Below, in pieces: positions 24,454-37,219 of a DNA stretch of 43,977 nt. The notes beneath the pieces were generated by a model. It did no database searches and was not told the origin of the DNA. It was given only the letters and a program-made list of their open reading frames with translations. How positions within the stretch are numbered: position 1 is the first letter of the stretch; each line of letters begins with the position of its first letter. This stretch comes from Octopus sinensis (taxonomy: Eukaryota): contig NW_021835884.1 in the NCBI RefSeq assembly GCF_006345805.1, positions 1 to 43,977 of the forward strand. Direction: 5' to 3'. The translations under genes and the position numbers were made by a program.

Positions 24454-25083
24454 TGTGTGTGTATACAGACACGCACACACACACATATATATCTACATGC
24501 GTATGTATATATTTCTATGTGTGTGTATATATGTGCGTGTGTGTGTAAGTATAAATACACACACATATATATCTACGTGCGTATGTATATATCTATTTAT
24601 GTGTGTGTATATGTGTTTGTGCGCGCGGGTGTACGTGTGTGCCATTGTGTTTGCTTTTATCCCACCCCCATCGCTTGCAAACTGGTGTTGGTTTGTTTAT
24701 GTCCTCGTAAGCTAGCAGTTTCGGGCAAATAGCTGCTGACACATTAAGTAACAGACTTAAAACAATAGATACCGGTGACGATCTCTTCGACCAGGCCCTT
24801 CAGGGCAGAGCTTTAGCAGAGCCGCTGTCCAATAACAGAAACGATACTTTTTTATCCGTATTTGTGAGTGCATGTGTGTATATCCCTTCCGTTTATATTT
24901 CTCCGAAAACATCCCATAAAAATGAACCACTTTATTTTATCGAATTTGCCACAAAGGCAGTACATAGAGTAATGTAGCTTGCGGGCTGGACAAGGACATT
25001 AATAAGGTGAATGATAATGATACAAAGATAAGAATCGGAGAAGACGAAAAGCGCCCGCCGACTTTTGCTTCTCTAAAAATGAA

Positions 25084-25323
25084 CTACTTTCTCACGATGG
25101 AACACAATTCCGCCACAGGGATTTTAACAACTAGAACGAAAACAGTCGACAGTTGTATTTCAGAAAGGTCTTCTTGAAATTCGAATAGTTTCACAATTCC
25201 AGTAAACAGATTCGGAGGTTCAAAATACAAGTTCAGGTCGTCTGCTTTTTCCAAACGATTTCTTAAATACTTGGTAACATACATTCGTGTACCAGTGTTT
25301 ACGGCTGTTGTTAGGCATACAGC
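25084..25323 (-). CDS. Coding-like segment (AVCLTTAVNTGTRMYVTKYLRNRLEKADDLNLYFEPP...IVRK), possibly BACK-domain-like exon or pseudogene
   Basis: Non-repetitive 79-codon open frame with many purine-initiated codons; the similarity is by eye only. Confidence 0.25.
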   Translation of the reverse strand, partial: AVCLTTAVNTGTRMYVTKYLRNRLEKADDLNLYFEPPNLFTGIVKLFEFQEDLSEIQLSTVFVLVVKIPVAELCSIVRK

Positions 25324-25484
25324 TTGTGTAGAGATGCAGTAATTGTATCCACATGCATACGCATATATATGCATACCTATCTCTTTATAGAAGGACATAT
25401 ACACATGTGTGAGTGTGTATGTACTGATTATGTGCTAAACATCTGAAACATGTTGCATATTTTCACAGTTCAATTAATAGTTTA

Positions 25485-25621
25485 CTATTTGCATTCCCTA
25501 ATTAACCTTGTTACTTCTGGTTTCGTGAAGTTCAACTTCACAACATCGGTGCCTAAATATTTCATTACAGAACTAAATGTACCGAATGGAATATCTGCAG
25601 ATTTCGGCAAAGATGTAATTT
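25485..25621 (-). pseudogene. BTB/POZ-like peptide segment (EITSLPKSADIPFGTFSSVMKYLGTDVVKLNFTKPEVTRLIRECK*)
   Basis: Spacing DI...F..vmkYL.TD.v.l resembles the BTB helix/YLYT motif; AG acceptor at 25623-25622; bounded by stops. Confidence 0.22.
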
Positions 25622-25754
25622 CTATTTAAACATTATCACTGATTTGTGACGATGTTTCTAGTCGTGTTGCGTTGTTCCTGATTTTGGAGATGCTGAACTA
25701 AGAAGCACGGTTTCGTTGATGATCTATGGTTTGTCATATTCCGTGACAATATAT

Positions 25755-25783
25755 CATCACCACCACCACCACCACCACCACCA

Positions 25784-25854
<71 letters not shown>

Positions 25855-25907
25855 CCATCACCATCGTTATCATCATCATCACCATCATCATCATCACCAT
25901 CACCATC

Positions 25908-25953
<46 letters not shown>

Positions 25954-25960
25954 CCATCAC

Positions 25961-26004
<44 letters not shown>

Positions 26005-26058
26005 CCACCATCATCATCATCATCATCACCACCATCATCATCATCATCACCATCATCA

Positions 26059-26100
<42 letters not shown>
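25755..26100. repeat. (CAT/CAC)n trinucleotide array
   Basis: Direct reading. Confidence 0.95.
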
Positions 26101-26684
26101 TTCAATATCATAGTTGTTCTTCTTCTTGTTGTTGTAAGAGTCGTCGTTGGTGTCGTCGTCCTCATCGTCGTCATCAGCATCGTCTGCTTCGTTGACATCG
26201 TCGCTGTCATCATCTGTCATCATCAATCACCAATCATACCGTCATCACATCCTCCTCCTCCTCCTCATCATCCTCATCATCATTATCATCATCGTCTTCT
26301 TCTTCTTCCTCCTCCATATATCTCAGCCATGGTTATGCAACGTTTCAAACAATACAGAAATACAGAAAGACGACCACCACCACCACCACCGTCATCATCA
26401 CCACTACTACAACTACTACAACCAACACCCCACCACTATCACCATCACCATCACCACTACCATTACTGCCACCACTATTACTACTATAACCAGGACTATA
26501 ACAGAAAATGACAATGATGTAATGTTTGTTGTTGTTGTTGTTGTTGCAGGTGGTGGTGGTGATGGTGATGGTGATGGTGGTGACCGTGAAGATGGTGGTG
26601 GTGATGCTGGCGGTGGCGGCGGTGGTGGTGGGTGTTGGTGTTGGAGATGTAACGTCGGTGATACTGCTAAAGGCGTTGTTGTTG

Positions 26685-26716
<32 letters not shown>

Positions 26717-28054
26717 GGTGGTGGTGGTGGTGGTGGTGGTAGTGGTGGTGGTGGGGTGGTGGAGATTGTTCTCTTCAGAGCAATGATGATGTCTGCACTA
26801 CTACCACTTCCACTACCACCTCCACTGTCTCCACCATCATTGGCAATCCGCCTCACCGTCAAACTACCGCCACCACCATCCCCACCAACACGGTCAGGCT
26901 ACACAGAATGTCAACGATTATCAATTAAAGTCAAATCAAAATATATAAAAAAAAAACAAACACAATAAACATAATAAACAAATAAGTAAACAAATATATA
27001 ATTATGTAAAGAAAACGTATAGAGTTCATCCTGTCCCCTGGAGATCGAAATATCTCCCCTCCACCCCACCTTCTACACTCGCCGCCTTCTGTCCTCTTTC
27101 ACTTGAGCCCCGCCTTGATTGATCTCAGTATCCTGTTTTTAAAGCACACGCTCACACACGCACACGCAAACACATGCTCGCTCGCGCAAGCGCACAAATA
27201 CCTTCACTTCTGCTATTTAGACATTCCAGCTGTGTTCAGCCTGTCTTTAACGGACGATACTGAACCACATTACTATGTAATGGTGATGGTGGTGGTAGTG
27301 GTGGTTTTGATGGTGGTGGTGGTGGTGTTAGTACTTATGGACGTGGTGGTAGCGGTGATGATTTCTGTGCGTGTGTATGTGTGTGTATGTGCGTGTCCAT
27401 TAGTGTATGGGAGGTAATCATTTCTAGATAAATCTTGGAGGGCTTAACAAACACATACACACACACACACATTTATGTCTATGTAGTTTATATATATATA
27501 TATATTATATATATATATATGGAACAAAAACGCAATAGAGGGCATTAAAACGTTCAGACAGATAAACGATAAAAAGGCCGGCAAGAAAAACAAGAATTAG
27601 AGGACAGGCAAAAAAAAAAAAACAGGTCCTTCTTGGCTTTCTTTCTTCAGTCAAGTACCAGAAGCCACAACTATTTCGGACAGTTACACTTAAGAAGACT
27701 CGATTTGGTTGCCCCCCAAAACAGTCTAAGCTAAGAGCATTATCTCCCTTTGTAAGAAAGCTAGCGAATGTGTACGATAACAAAGACAAAAACACAAACA
27801 ACAGGCGTCTTTCGACTGAGAACGATTGAAATTGAGCTGGCGTGTACGGAGTGAAAGCCTAAAGGCAGGAACATGGGAGATGGACATAAGACGTGTTGAC
27901 GGTCGGCAGTCAGGCCAAGAATGAAAGATCATGGCTGGCCAGACACTGGTCACATGGGAAGAGGAGAAATGGGTAGGGGGCAGCAGGATTGAAGGATTAG
28001 AAATAAATCAGAGACAAAGGAAAAGATGCAATCGACTAGTCCCCTCCCCACAAA

Positions 28055-28087
<33 letters not shown>

Positions 28088-28298
28088 GGCGGTGAGCTGA
28101 AAGAATCGATAGCACGAGAGACGAAATACATAGCGATATTTCGTCCGTCGCTACGTTTTGAGTTCAAATTCCGGCGAGGTCGACTTTGCCTTTCATCCTT
28201 TCGGGGTCGATAAATTAAGCACCTGCGAAACAATGGGGTCGTTGTAATCGACCTATTCCCTCCCCCAAAATTGCTGCCCTTGTGGCAAAATTTAAACC
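28088..28298 (+). mobile_element. SINE family S1
   Basis: GGCGGTGAGCTG..AGAATCG...TTTAAACC between (TTA)n tracts. Confidence 0.88.
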
Positions 28299-28493
28299 AT
28301 TATTTTTATTATTATTATTGTTATTATTATTATTATAAATTGTTACTATTATTATAAATTATTATTATCATTATTCTAATTAACGTTCTTCTTACTATTA
28401 TTATTTTCATAAATTTTACTAGAAATGTTATTGTTATCAATATTAATATAATTGTTCTTATAGTCATCTTTATTATTATTATTATTATTATTA

Positions 28494-28559
<66 letters not shown>

Positions 28560-28944
28560 GCTGTTGTTGTCATCGTCATCGTTGCCGTTGTTGTCATTGT
28601 TATTGTTGTTCATTTACGACCAAGCAATTAGGAATTCTCCTGATTTATTATCGTGGAGAGCTTTAGGCTAAAGTGGCCACTAATCAAAAAACGGTTCATT
28701 AAACCGCGTGAAAGTATCGTTGAAACTATGTCAGTCAATCGCCGGTGTTTAATAAGTGGCTGGCCTCTGCGATAAAGGCCGTTTTATAGTGTTTGAGATA
28801 TTAAAAGAGGTTAAACTTTACATGAATATATTGTACAAATTTCAGCTGATAACATGTTGTTGTTGCCTGTCGTAACAATTCACATCTCATTGATTTTAAC
28901 GGTACCTTAATAGCTTTCTAAGTAATATCTGGCACTTGTGGAAT

Positions 28945-29765
28945 AGCTATTCGCTGTGGTTGTCCGCTGTAGCTGTTAACTGTGTTTGATATCAATAACT
29001 GTTAACTGTATCTGTTAACCATGACTGTTTGCTGCGGAACTTGACACCTGTAAGTGGCACAGCTGTATGCTACAGTTGTTCACCGAGGATGTGTGCGAGG
29101 TATAGATGTTACACGCGTTATCTGATAACGGTGGTTGTTAACTGTGTTTTGATACCTGTAGCTGTTAACTGTGGAGACGCAATGGCCCAGTGGTTAGGGC
29201 AGCGGAATGGCTCCGGCAGGGATGGTGGTGATCCCTGCTGTACTCTTTCACCACAACTTTCTCTCACTCTTACTTCCTGTTTCTGTTGTACCTGTATTTC
29301 AAAGGGCCGGCCTTATCACTCTCTGTGTCACGCTGAATATCCCCGAGAACTACGTTAAGGGTACACGTGTCTGTGGAGTGCTCAGCCACTTACACGTTAA
29401 TTTCACGGGAACCCTCGTCGTCGTAACCGACGGAGTGCTTACAAAAAAAAGCTGTTAACTATGTTACCAATCTTAACTATAGCTGTTGACTACATTCAAT
29501 GGCTATAGCCCTTAACTATGTGATGTATATTTAATGTCTATAGCGCTTAACTATAGTTGTGAATTGCGTCTAATAGTTATAGCTATTAAGTATGTAAGCT
29601 GTTTTAAACTTTTTTCTGTTAAGTATAGTTGTTAACTGTGTTTGTTAACTGTTGACAACGTTGTGTTAACTATAACTGTTAGCTATGCGGTTTAGCTGTA
29701 ACTGTTAACTATGTCTGCCAACTATGGCTATTTGCCGTAGTTAGTCTCTTAATTATGACTGTAAA
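28945..29765. repeat. Degenerate 13-bp minisatellite (AGCTGTTAACTAT), interrupted by a SINE
   Basis: Recurrent CTGTTAACT and TAACTATAG motifs. Confidence 0.8.
29173..29449 (+). mobile_element. SINE family S3 (tRNA-Arg-like head), internally deleted, poly-A tail
   Basis: Head GGAG.CGCAATGGCCCAGTGGTTAGGGCAGCGGA shared with 31654; 3' part shared with 40998-41100 (-); A-tail; possible 13-bp TSD AGCTGTTAACT(G/A)T. Confidence 0.82.
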
Positions 29766-30117
29766 TTGAACCAGCCCTCTCATAAAATCCAGCTTTGTGC
29801 AGCTCCCGGGGAACAGCTTTTGTGGAAACTGGGTTCTCAGGGTGGTCATTAAGCTCTGCAGTAATTTTGGAAGCTGTGCTTTTGTGAACCTTTCTAACAA
29901 TTCGCATAAGAGTCTGGCGGTCCTTAACAGAAAATTTTGGTTTTCTTCTGGAGTTTTGTTTCGACGAGGAAGTTTTTCCCTCTTTCTCAAAAGCTGTCAT
30001 TGCTTTCGAGACATTACTTCTTGATACACCAAACATTTCGGCTGTTTTCGTTACGCTAGCGCCTGCCATACGAGCACCAACAATTTTACCTCTTTGACAT
30101 TCCGAGAGATCTGTCAT
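29749..30117 (-). pseudogene. Tc1-family transposase N-terminus (paired-like HTH domains), truncated before the DDE domain
   Basis: MTDLSECQRGKIVGARMAGASVTKTAEMFGVSRSNVSK...GRKPK-like RRKPKFSVKDRQTLMRIVRK...TASKITAELN...RELHKAGF is a typical Tc1 N-terminus. Confidence 0.9.
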
Positions 30118-30305
30118 TTTGATGAATTTTAATTAACTTTTTCTGATGATATCTGAAAAGAAATAGCAATTTTAGCAAAACATATTAAGCAACACTAATA
30201 ATAAATCAAAAAGCATAAAAATAAACAAGCTTTTGACGTCTTATAGATATTTCCAAATTACGATGCTATGATGCCGGGTGTTTCTATTATTTTGTTCAAC
30301 CACTG
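29768..30305 (-). mobile_element. Tc1 DNA transposon, 5' fragment
   Basis: Minus strand begins TA-CAGTGGTTGAACAAAATAATAGAAACACC at 30305, followed by the 5' UTR and the transposase start; no second TIR. Confidence 0.88.
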
Positions 30306-30368
30306 TATATATATATTCGGCACTGCAAGTGACAGTATCTGCTTATACTCACAGTTCTGTCCCCCGTC

Positions 30369-30408
30369 CATTTCTGATGATGAACTTTTGTGCTCGAAAT
30401 ATAAGTAA
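30369..30408 (+). ncRNA. Decayed HHR-like motif
   Basis: CTGATGA-TGAAC(TTTT)GTGCTC-GAAA-TA-TA; stems I and II imperfect. Confidence 0.25.
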
Positions 30409-30463
30409 ACGTTTACTCAACTTTCACTTTCTCAGTGTTAGTTCTCCTACATCATTATTTGTT

Positions 30464-30509
<46 letters not shown>

Positions 30510-30723
30510 TGCATGCATGTGTGTGTGTGCCTGTGTATGTATGTATGTATGCATATGGACATTATATGCTATTGTGTATCATACACCGTGAAATCATTGT
30601 TTTCGAGATAATTCCGATTAGAGCAAACGTGAAGGAAGTGTGATAATGGTCACTAAAAGTTTGGCCGATCTATACGAGAAGTGTTCATTAAACAGTGAAC
30701 TGTGCCTCCCCCATCTATTCTCC

Positions 30724-30763
<40 letters not shown>

Positions 30764-30895
30764 CACACACACACACACATATATATATATATAAAATTGA
30801 TCGTTTTACATCTATTTACTTTCCGATGCTGAAACCTCATAAAATATAACATTACCATTGCTTATCAGTTTGGCGCGTATGTTTGCGTACATGTG

Positions 30896-30962
<67 letters not shown>

Positions 30963-31597
30963 ATATACTATATATACTATATATACTATGTATATATACT
31001 ATATACATATATATATACATATGCACACACACACATGTGCGTGTGTGAGAGAGAGAGATGCATATGCGTTTGCATGTATGTATGTTTGCATGTGGTCAGC
31101 ATAGTTGTTGTTGTTGGTTGTAATAGTGATGATGTTTGCGGCAATTATGTTAGATACAGGCTGAAATTCAGTGACAATTGGCATTCCGCATATACTAGCA
31201 TGTGAAGATTCTAGTAGGACGTATTCCCTTTCCCCACACGCACCCCCATCTACCAACCACGAGACCATCCCAGCCCGTGTGATATCGATGTCGTAATCTA
31301 CTGGTCAAACATGTAAACACCACAACAGTTTGATAGATTTATACGTGTTGTTTTCTTTCAACACCATATTGATCCCTAATGCGATGCCTGAATGTGTCTA
31401 TGTATATCTGAGAATATATATATATACAAACAGATATATATATAAGCATACGTATATATAGACAGACACATACGCTTGTGTGTGTATGTGTATGTCGGTA
31501 GGTATATAAATATATGGACGCATACAATCGATTCATAATAGTGTATGCATTGGGATGAATATATATAATATATAGAAGCAATACATATGTGTGTGTT

Positions 31598-31652
<55 letters not shown>

Positions 31653-31653
31653 G

Positions 31654-31745
31654 TGGAGGCGCAATGGCCCAGTGGTTAGGGCAGCGGACTCGCGGGCGTT
31701 GTGAGTGTTTATTGAGCGAAAACGCCTAAAAGCTCAACGGAGCCG
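31654..31745 (+). mobile_element. SINE family S3, 5' fragment
   Basis: GGAGGCGCAATGGCCCAGTGGTTAGGGCAGCGGACTCGCGG; TCG at the anticodon-like position. Confidence 0.8.
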
Positions 31746-31828
31746 CAAATGCAAAATATGCGTTAGTCCTAGAGCACACAATGTTCCTGAAGGTCAGCAA
31801 TGGTCTTCCTCGATCACGAGTGGAAGAA

Positions 31829-31864
<36 letters not shown>

Positions 31865-32339
31865 GGAGTAGGCGTAAAAAGGAATTCGTTATGATTGCTA
31901 CTTACAAGCATTTGATCGGATATCTGCTTGGTTTCGGAGATGAACTGGTGTCGTGTCAAGCCAAAACAACAACAACACCAGCAAACATCATCACCCAAGT
32001 TCATAACAACACGAGATTAAGTGTTGTTTAGAGGTTCAGTGTAATGCAAGTGGAAACTCTCCCTTTAGGCAAACTATGACAGGACAGCTAATAGCACTAA
32101 AAATGCGTGAATAATTGTCTTTCAAAATATTGATTGCAGAGCTAGATTAGAAACTGGTTCTGTCTACCACAACGGTTTCACGAAATCTACCAGAACCTGT
32201 CCGAAGAAGAAGGCCATCGACGAAATTCTAATTCTATAGGTTGGAATTAATGCTCTGAGAAAGATTACCTCATTTTGGCGAAATATAGAAATAAAGAGCT
32301 ACAAATTTCACAAAGGAGAAGCATCTAGAATACAACCAC

Positions 32340-32374
<35 letters not shown>

Positions 32375-32461
32375 ATATGCATACATACACATACATATAC
32401 ACATTATATATATATGTTATATACTTTATATATATAAATACATATATATATATAAAACATT

Positions 32462-32541
<80 letters not shown>

Positions 32542-32739
32542 TTATATGTGCGTATGTATGTATATATATACATTGTGTTTTCTTGTAGGGTGGAGAACAC
32601 CATGTACTAAATAGAGTTCTCCTTAATCAATATTTATTGAAATATAGATACACATAAATATCGACACAGACAGACATACACACTCACATATTTATATATA
32701 TATGTACATATATATATAGATACACACACACACACACAC

Positions 32740-32807
<68 letters not shown>

Positions 32808-33087
32808 GCGCATACACAGAATTAGATACGTACATATAGATGTATATATATACATATATATAAGTATACACATATATATTTTTTATATATGTATATGTGT
32901 ATATATATATACATACATGTGTGTCCGTGTGCGGGTGGGCCTGTATGTATGTGTGTGTGCATGTCATTATGGATGCATGTTTTGCGTTCTATTTTCTTGC
33001 CCCATCCATAGTTATCGATGCTTTTATTAATGTTTTTGACCTCTATGTATCTGGGTTCGTGCATTTTGAAACAAAAAGCCAAAGCAC

Positions 33088-33130
<43 letters not shown>

Positions 33131-33426
33131 TGCACGCGCACACACGCACACATCACTGAAACCATATGAAGACCTCTTTAACGGGAACCCAAATTCTCTT
33201 TATTGATTTCTTGGAGGAACCTGTTCAGATAAGATCCCCATTACAGAAAATACAGTATACTTTCTTCGCTCAAAATAACAACCAAAAACCTTTCAAATTT
33301 AACATTCCACTGATCTCTTCTAAAGTGTACAACATATATTTTATGGAAAAATAGGAACACGTTATGTGATCTGGGTCATACATATGATGCCCTCCCCTTG
33401 GTGATACGCACATCCACATATACATG

Positions 33427-33572
33427 ACTGTGTGGTAAGAAGTTTACTTCCCAACAACATGGTTCTGGGTTCAGACCCACTGCGTGGCACTTTGGTCAAG
33501 TGTCTTCTACCATAGACAGAGCCGACCAAAGCCTTTTGAGTGGATTTGGTTGACGGAAACTGAAAGAAGCCT
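33427..33572 (+). mobile_element. SINE family S2, 5' half
   Basis: TGTGTGGTAAGAAG...GGGTTCAGACCCACTGCGTGGCAC...GACGGAAACTGAAAGAAGCC. Confidence 0.85.
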
Positions 33573-33760
33573 ATAGTATATGTATATGTATGTATATATA
33601 GTGAATCCAAACAAAGAAGAACAAACATGAAAAGAAGGAGGCCATAGCGGATCTACTTCTAGCATAATGGATGTCCACTTACAGGTCATCCCCCTTATAT
33701 GTATGTTATATATATATATATATATATATAGATATATATATATATATATTATATATATTA

Positions 33761-34200
33761 CTTTTACACGTTTCAACCCTAGGGCTGAGGCCATGCTGGA
33801 GCGCCACCAGTGTAATCACACTTTCAATGACCAATCTTTTGTGATTGGCTTTTGGTGAAGCAGAGAGTTTGAAACTGCTGCCCCTTTTTGAGTCTCCTAA
33901 CTTCATATCGGTTTATTTGAGAACTTGGACAGCAAGAAACCAAATTGTTTGTTGAAGACATCTGCCCCTAGTTCATGAAGATCCCTCAAACGTTTTGGTA
34001 AGGCTTTAAATAGTCGTGGGCACGTGAATCCCAAGCTATTGCAGTACATTGTCCTCTCTCAAGACGAGATAGTTGGGACCTTTAGAACAGTGTAGTGACG
34101 TCCAGTTGAGAGATTCATATAGCTTTTGATACTATAGTTTGGTGTCAGGCCCGCCAGGATCTTTATCAAGTGGCAAGCATGTAAAACCTTTAAGGTAGAA
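33761..34200 (-). mobile_element. CR1/L2-group LINE 3' fragment (ORF2 C-terminus with stops, plus 3' UTR)
   Basis: KILAGLTPNYSIKSYMNLSTGRHYTVLKVPTISS*ERTMYCNSLGFTCPRLFKALPKRLRDL...DVFNKQF...GAAVSNSLLHQK is a recognisable post-RT C-terminal motif; tail runs into (TA)n. Confidence 0.82.
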
Positions 34201-34387
34201 ATTAATACAGAGTATATAATTTCTTTATAATATTTATAAGGGCAACTACATGGCAGAGCCACATGCTAGAAGAAGATGTCAAATGACTCTAAAGATACTT
34301 TATCACATAGACACGGGCTGAAAGCGAGGGAAATGAAGGAAAAAGATTTTTTTTAAGTTTAAACGTAGATCAATTGATTTCTAACTC

Positions 34388-34495
<108 letters not shown>

Positions 34496-35386
34496 TAAAT
34501 TAGAGATAAAACCACTACTAGGCAAATCAAACAGTGAAAAACATAAACCAAAACATAAAAATAAAATATAATTTACAAATATATAAAATATAAAGAAATT
34601 TAAATTATTTAAATTTAAAATTATTAATTTATATTTATATATATTTTTTTTATAATTATATATAACTATCAAAAAGTATTAAAAAGTTTATTATAAGATT
34701 ATAAGTAAAACCACTACGTCCGTTTCATGGCCATAACCTAATTCGAATTACAATAATTTATTAAATATCTATATATATATATATATAAAATGAGATAGAC
34801 AAATTGAGAAAGAGAGAGTGTGTGTGTGAAAGAGTGAGACATGTAAAGACACATATACTCCCAACATGACAAAAAGGGCTGCTACTCCTTCCTCCATCAT
34901 ACATCATGCGTAGTGAAACGAGTTTCCAATATAACTACCGCCAACAGGTCAATGTCTCTGTTTCTGTCTCCTGTCTGTCTGTCTGTCTCTTCTTTATCTA
35001 TCTTTCTTTCTCCCTCCCTCTCCCTCTCTCTCTCTTCTCTCTCTCTCATTCTATCTATCTAACTTTCTCCCCATCTCTTTGTCGCTTCCACGCTCTCTCG
35101 CTCTCTGTATATTCATGGTTGGATGATCACTTCTCCGGATATATGTTTATATAAACATACATACATATGTATATATATGTTTATACATATACATGCTTTT
35201 TACAAACATACATGCATACACGCATACATATAGATCTAGATATATATATATAATATATATATAATATATATACACAAATATATACATATATACACATAGA
35301 TATGTGTATGTGTGTGTCTGTGAATACGTATACATACATATGTATATATGTAAATGTACATATATATATATATATATATACATATG

Positions 35387-35451
<65 letters not shown>

Positions 35452-36153
35452 TGTGTGTACAACTGCGTGTGTGTAATTGTATATAAGCATCGATACAAAT
35501 GAATACATATATATACTTATACATGCATACATATATATATATATATGTATATATGTATATATATATACAGAGAGAAAGAGAGAGAGAGAAAAGGATAGAG
35601 AGAAGGATAACATGTGTCTATGTATGTATGTGTATATATATACTCTCACCCTCTCGCTCTCTTTTTCCCCTTCTCTCTCTCTTTCTCATTCTCTCTCAAC
35701 ACTGTTGTGTGTTATAAACAGACGAAGTGGCCAACACTGCAGGACTCGGCAGAAAACTATTAAAGACAGATCAAAAGATTGTAATAAGGAATTGTTTGGG
35801 AGAAGAAATATGGAGGGGAGGTTTGGGAAGAGGAAGCGAAATATAGGGAGAGATGATGAGAGGGAGAAAGACGAAGGAAAGGGAGATGAGGAGGGGCGAT
35901 ATGAGAGAGAAAGACAAGGAAGGAGAAGGAAAAGAAAGAAGTGAAGATGTAAGGAAAGGGGGGAATGGGCGGGTGGGGAAATATGAAGGAAGAATAATTT
36001 ATAGATTCCTTTAGAACCTACACAATAGAATCATTTATTACAGGTCGAAAGATGAAAAAGTTGAAGATAAATGTGTGTGTGAGTGTGTGTGTGTTTCTGC
36101 GTGCGTGTGTGAGTGTACGTTTGCGGGAGGAGGGTTGTAATAAGTGCTTATAA

Positions 36154-36203
<50 letters not shown>

Positions 36204-36283
36204 CGGCACACTTATAACAAATAATTATATGTATGTAAATATGTGTGAGTATGAATATATATTTATATGTATGTGCGTGTGTG

Positions 36284-36322
<39 letters not shown>

Positions 36323-36351
36323 AAGATAGATGTATAAATATATATATTTAT

Positions 36352-36400
<49 letters not shown>

Positions 36401-37219
36401 TATATATTTATATATATATGCACAGATAACTACATTTATACATATACATTCATATATATATATATCCAATTATACAAAACACACACACACACACAGAAAA
36501 CATACGCACTCACATATATAATTGCATGATGGACCGTGGAAATTATGTGATATATAAGGACGTCAGTGTAGTAAGCTTCGAGAAATTTTTCACCCTTGAT
36601 TGCACACATTTCACAAGCACACATAAATAACTTAAGCTTTTTAATACATACTGTTAAAGTTAGTTAATCGCACCTAGATAACATCGCCTACAAGATCACA
36701 TGCAACCGCAGATAAAGCAATTCACCTATGCAGACCCTAAGCCAGATAGCCTCCTGTAACTGCCGATATGAATTTAACTCTCTGTCAAAGGGATCCTGCT
36801 TTTCCGAAGTAGCGTTTTATGGCGCAACTTTTATTTCACTGGACATAATTCCGAGGAAACCTACAGAAACCACAGCTAGCAACTACAAGAGAATTTTGAC
36901 TGTCTTTATGCACTTCTTCAGAGGTAACCTACCGGTAAATCCTATTTTCTTTGCCGACATCGAGACCAAGGAAATTATCTGTTCAGCATAACATGGAAGG
37001 CAGTTCATAAAGCTGTTTCATTTATTCTTACTGAAAGGAAGACCTTCTTTGTCACAACGAGAAACAGCACATATTGAAGATTCCGCTGTATCTATTAAAA
37101 AGATGATTGAGCTACCGTAATGCTTGTCATCAACGGAAGTCCTTATTGGCCAATACTGTTTGCTTTTATGTCAAGTTATAATGAGAATTATTTTACATTA
37201 GACTGAATAATTACCCAAC

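Noticed and set aside
29173-29210. tRNA genes at SINE heads (S1, S2, S3)
   Set aside because: No complete cloverleaf; heads continue into SINE bodies, and two S3 copies lack the B-box segment.
30142-30165. CTGATGA-TATCT-GAAA in the Tc1 5' UTR
   Set aside because: No stems; chance match in AT-rich DNA.
32130-32260. Possible small exon (two open frames)
   Set aside because: Weak acceptor and donor, no phase-linked neighbours.
36728-37080. 87-aa ORF and an overlapping frame with GKSYFL (P-loop-like)
   Set aside because: Incomplete Walker A context, nearby stops, no family recognised.
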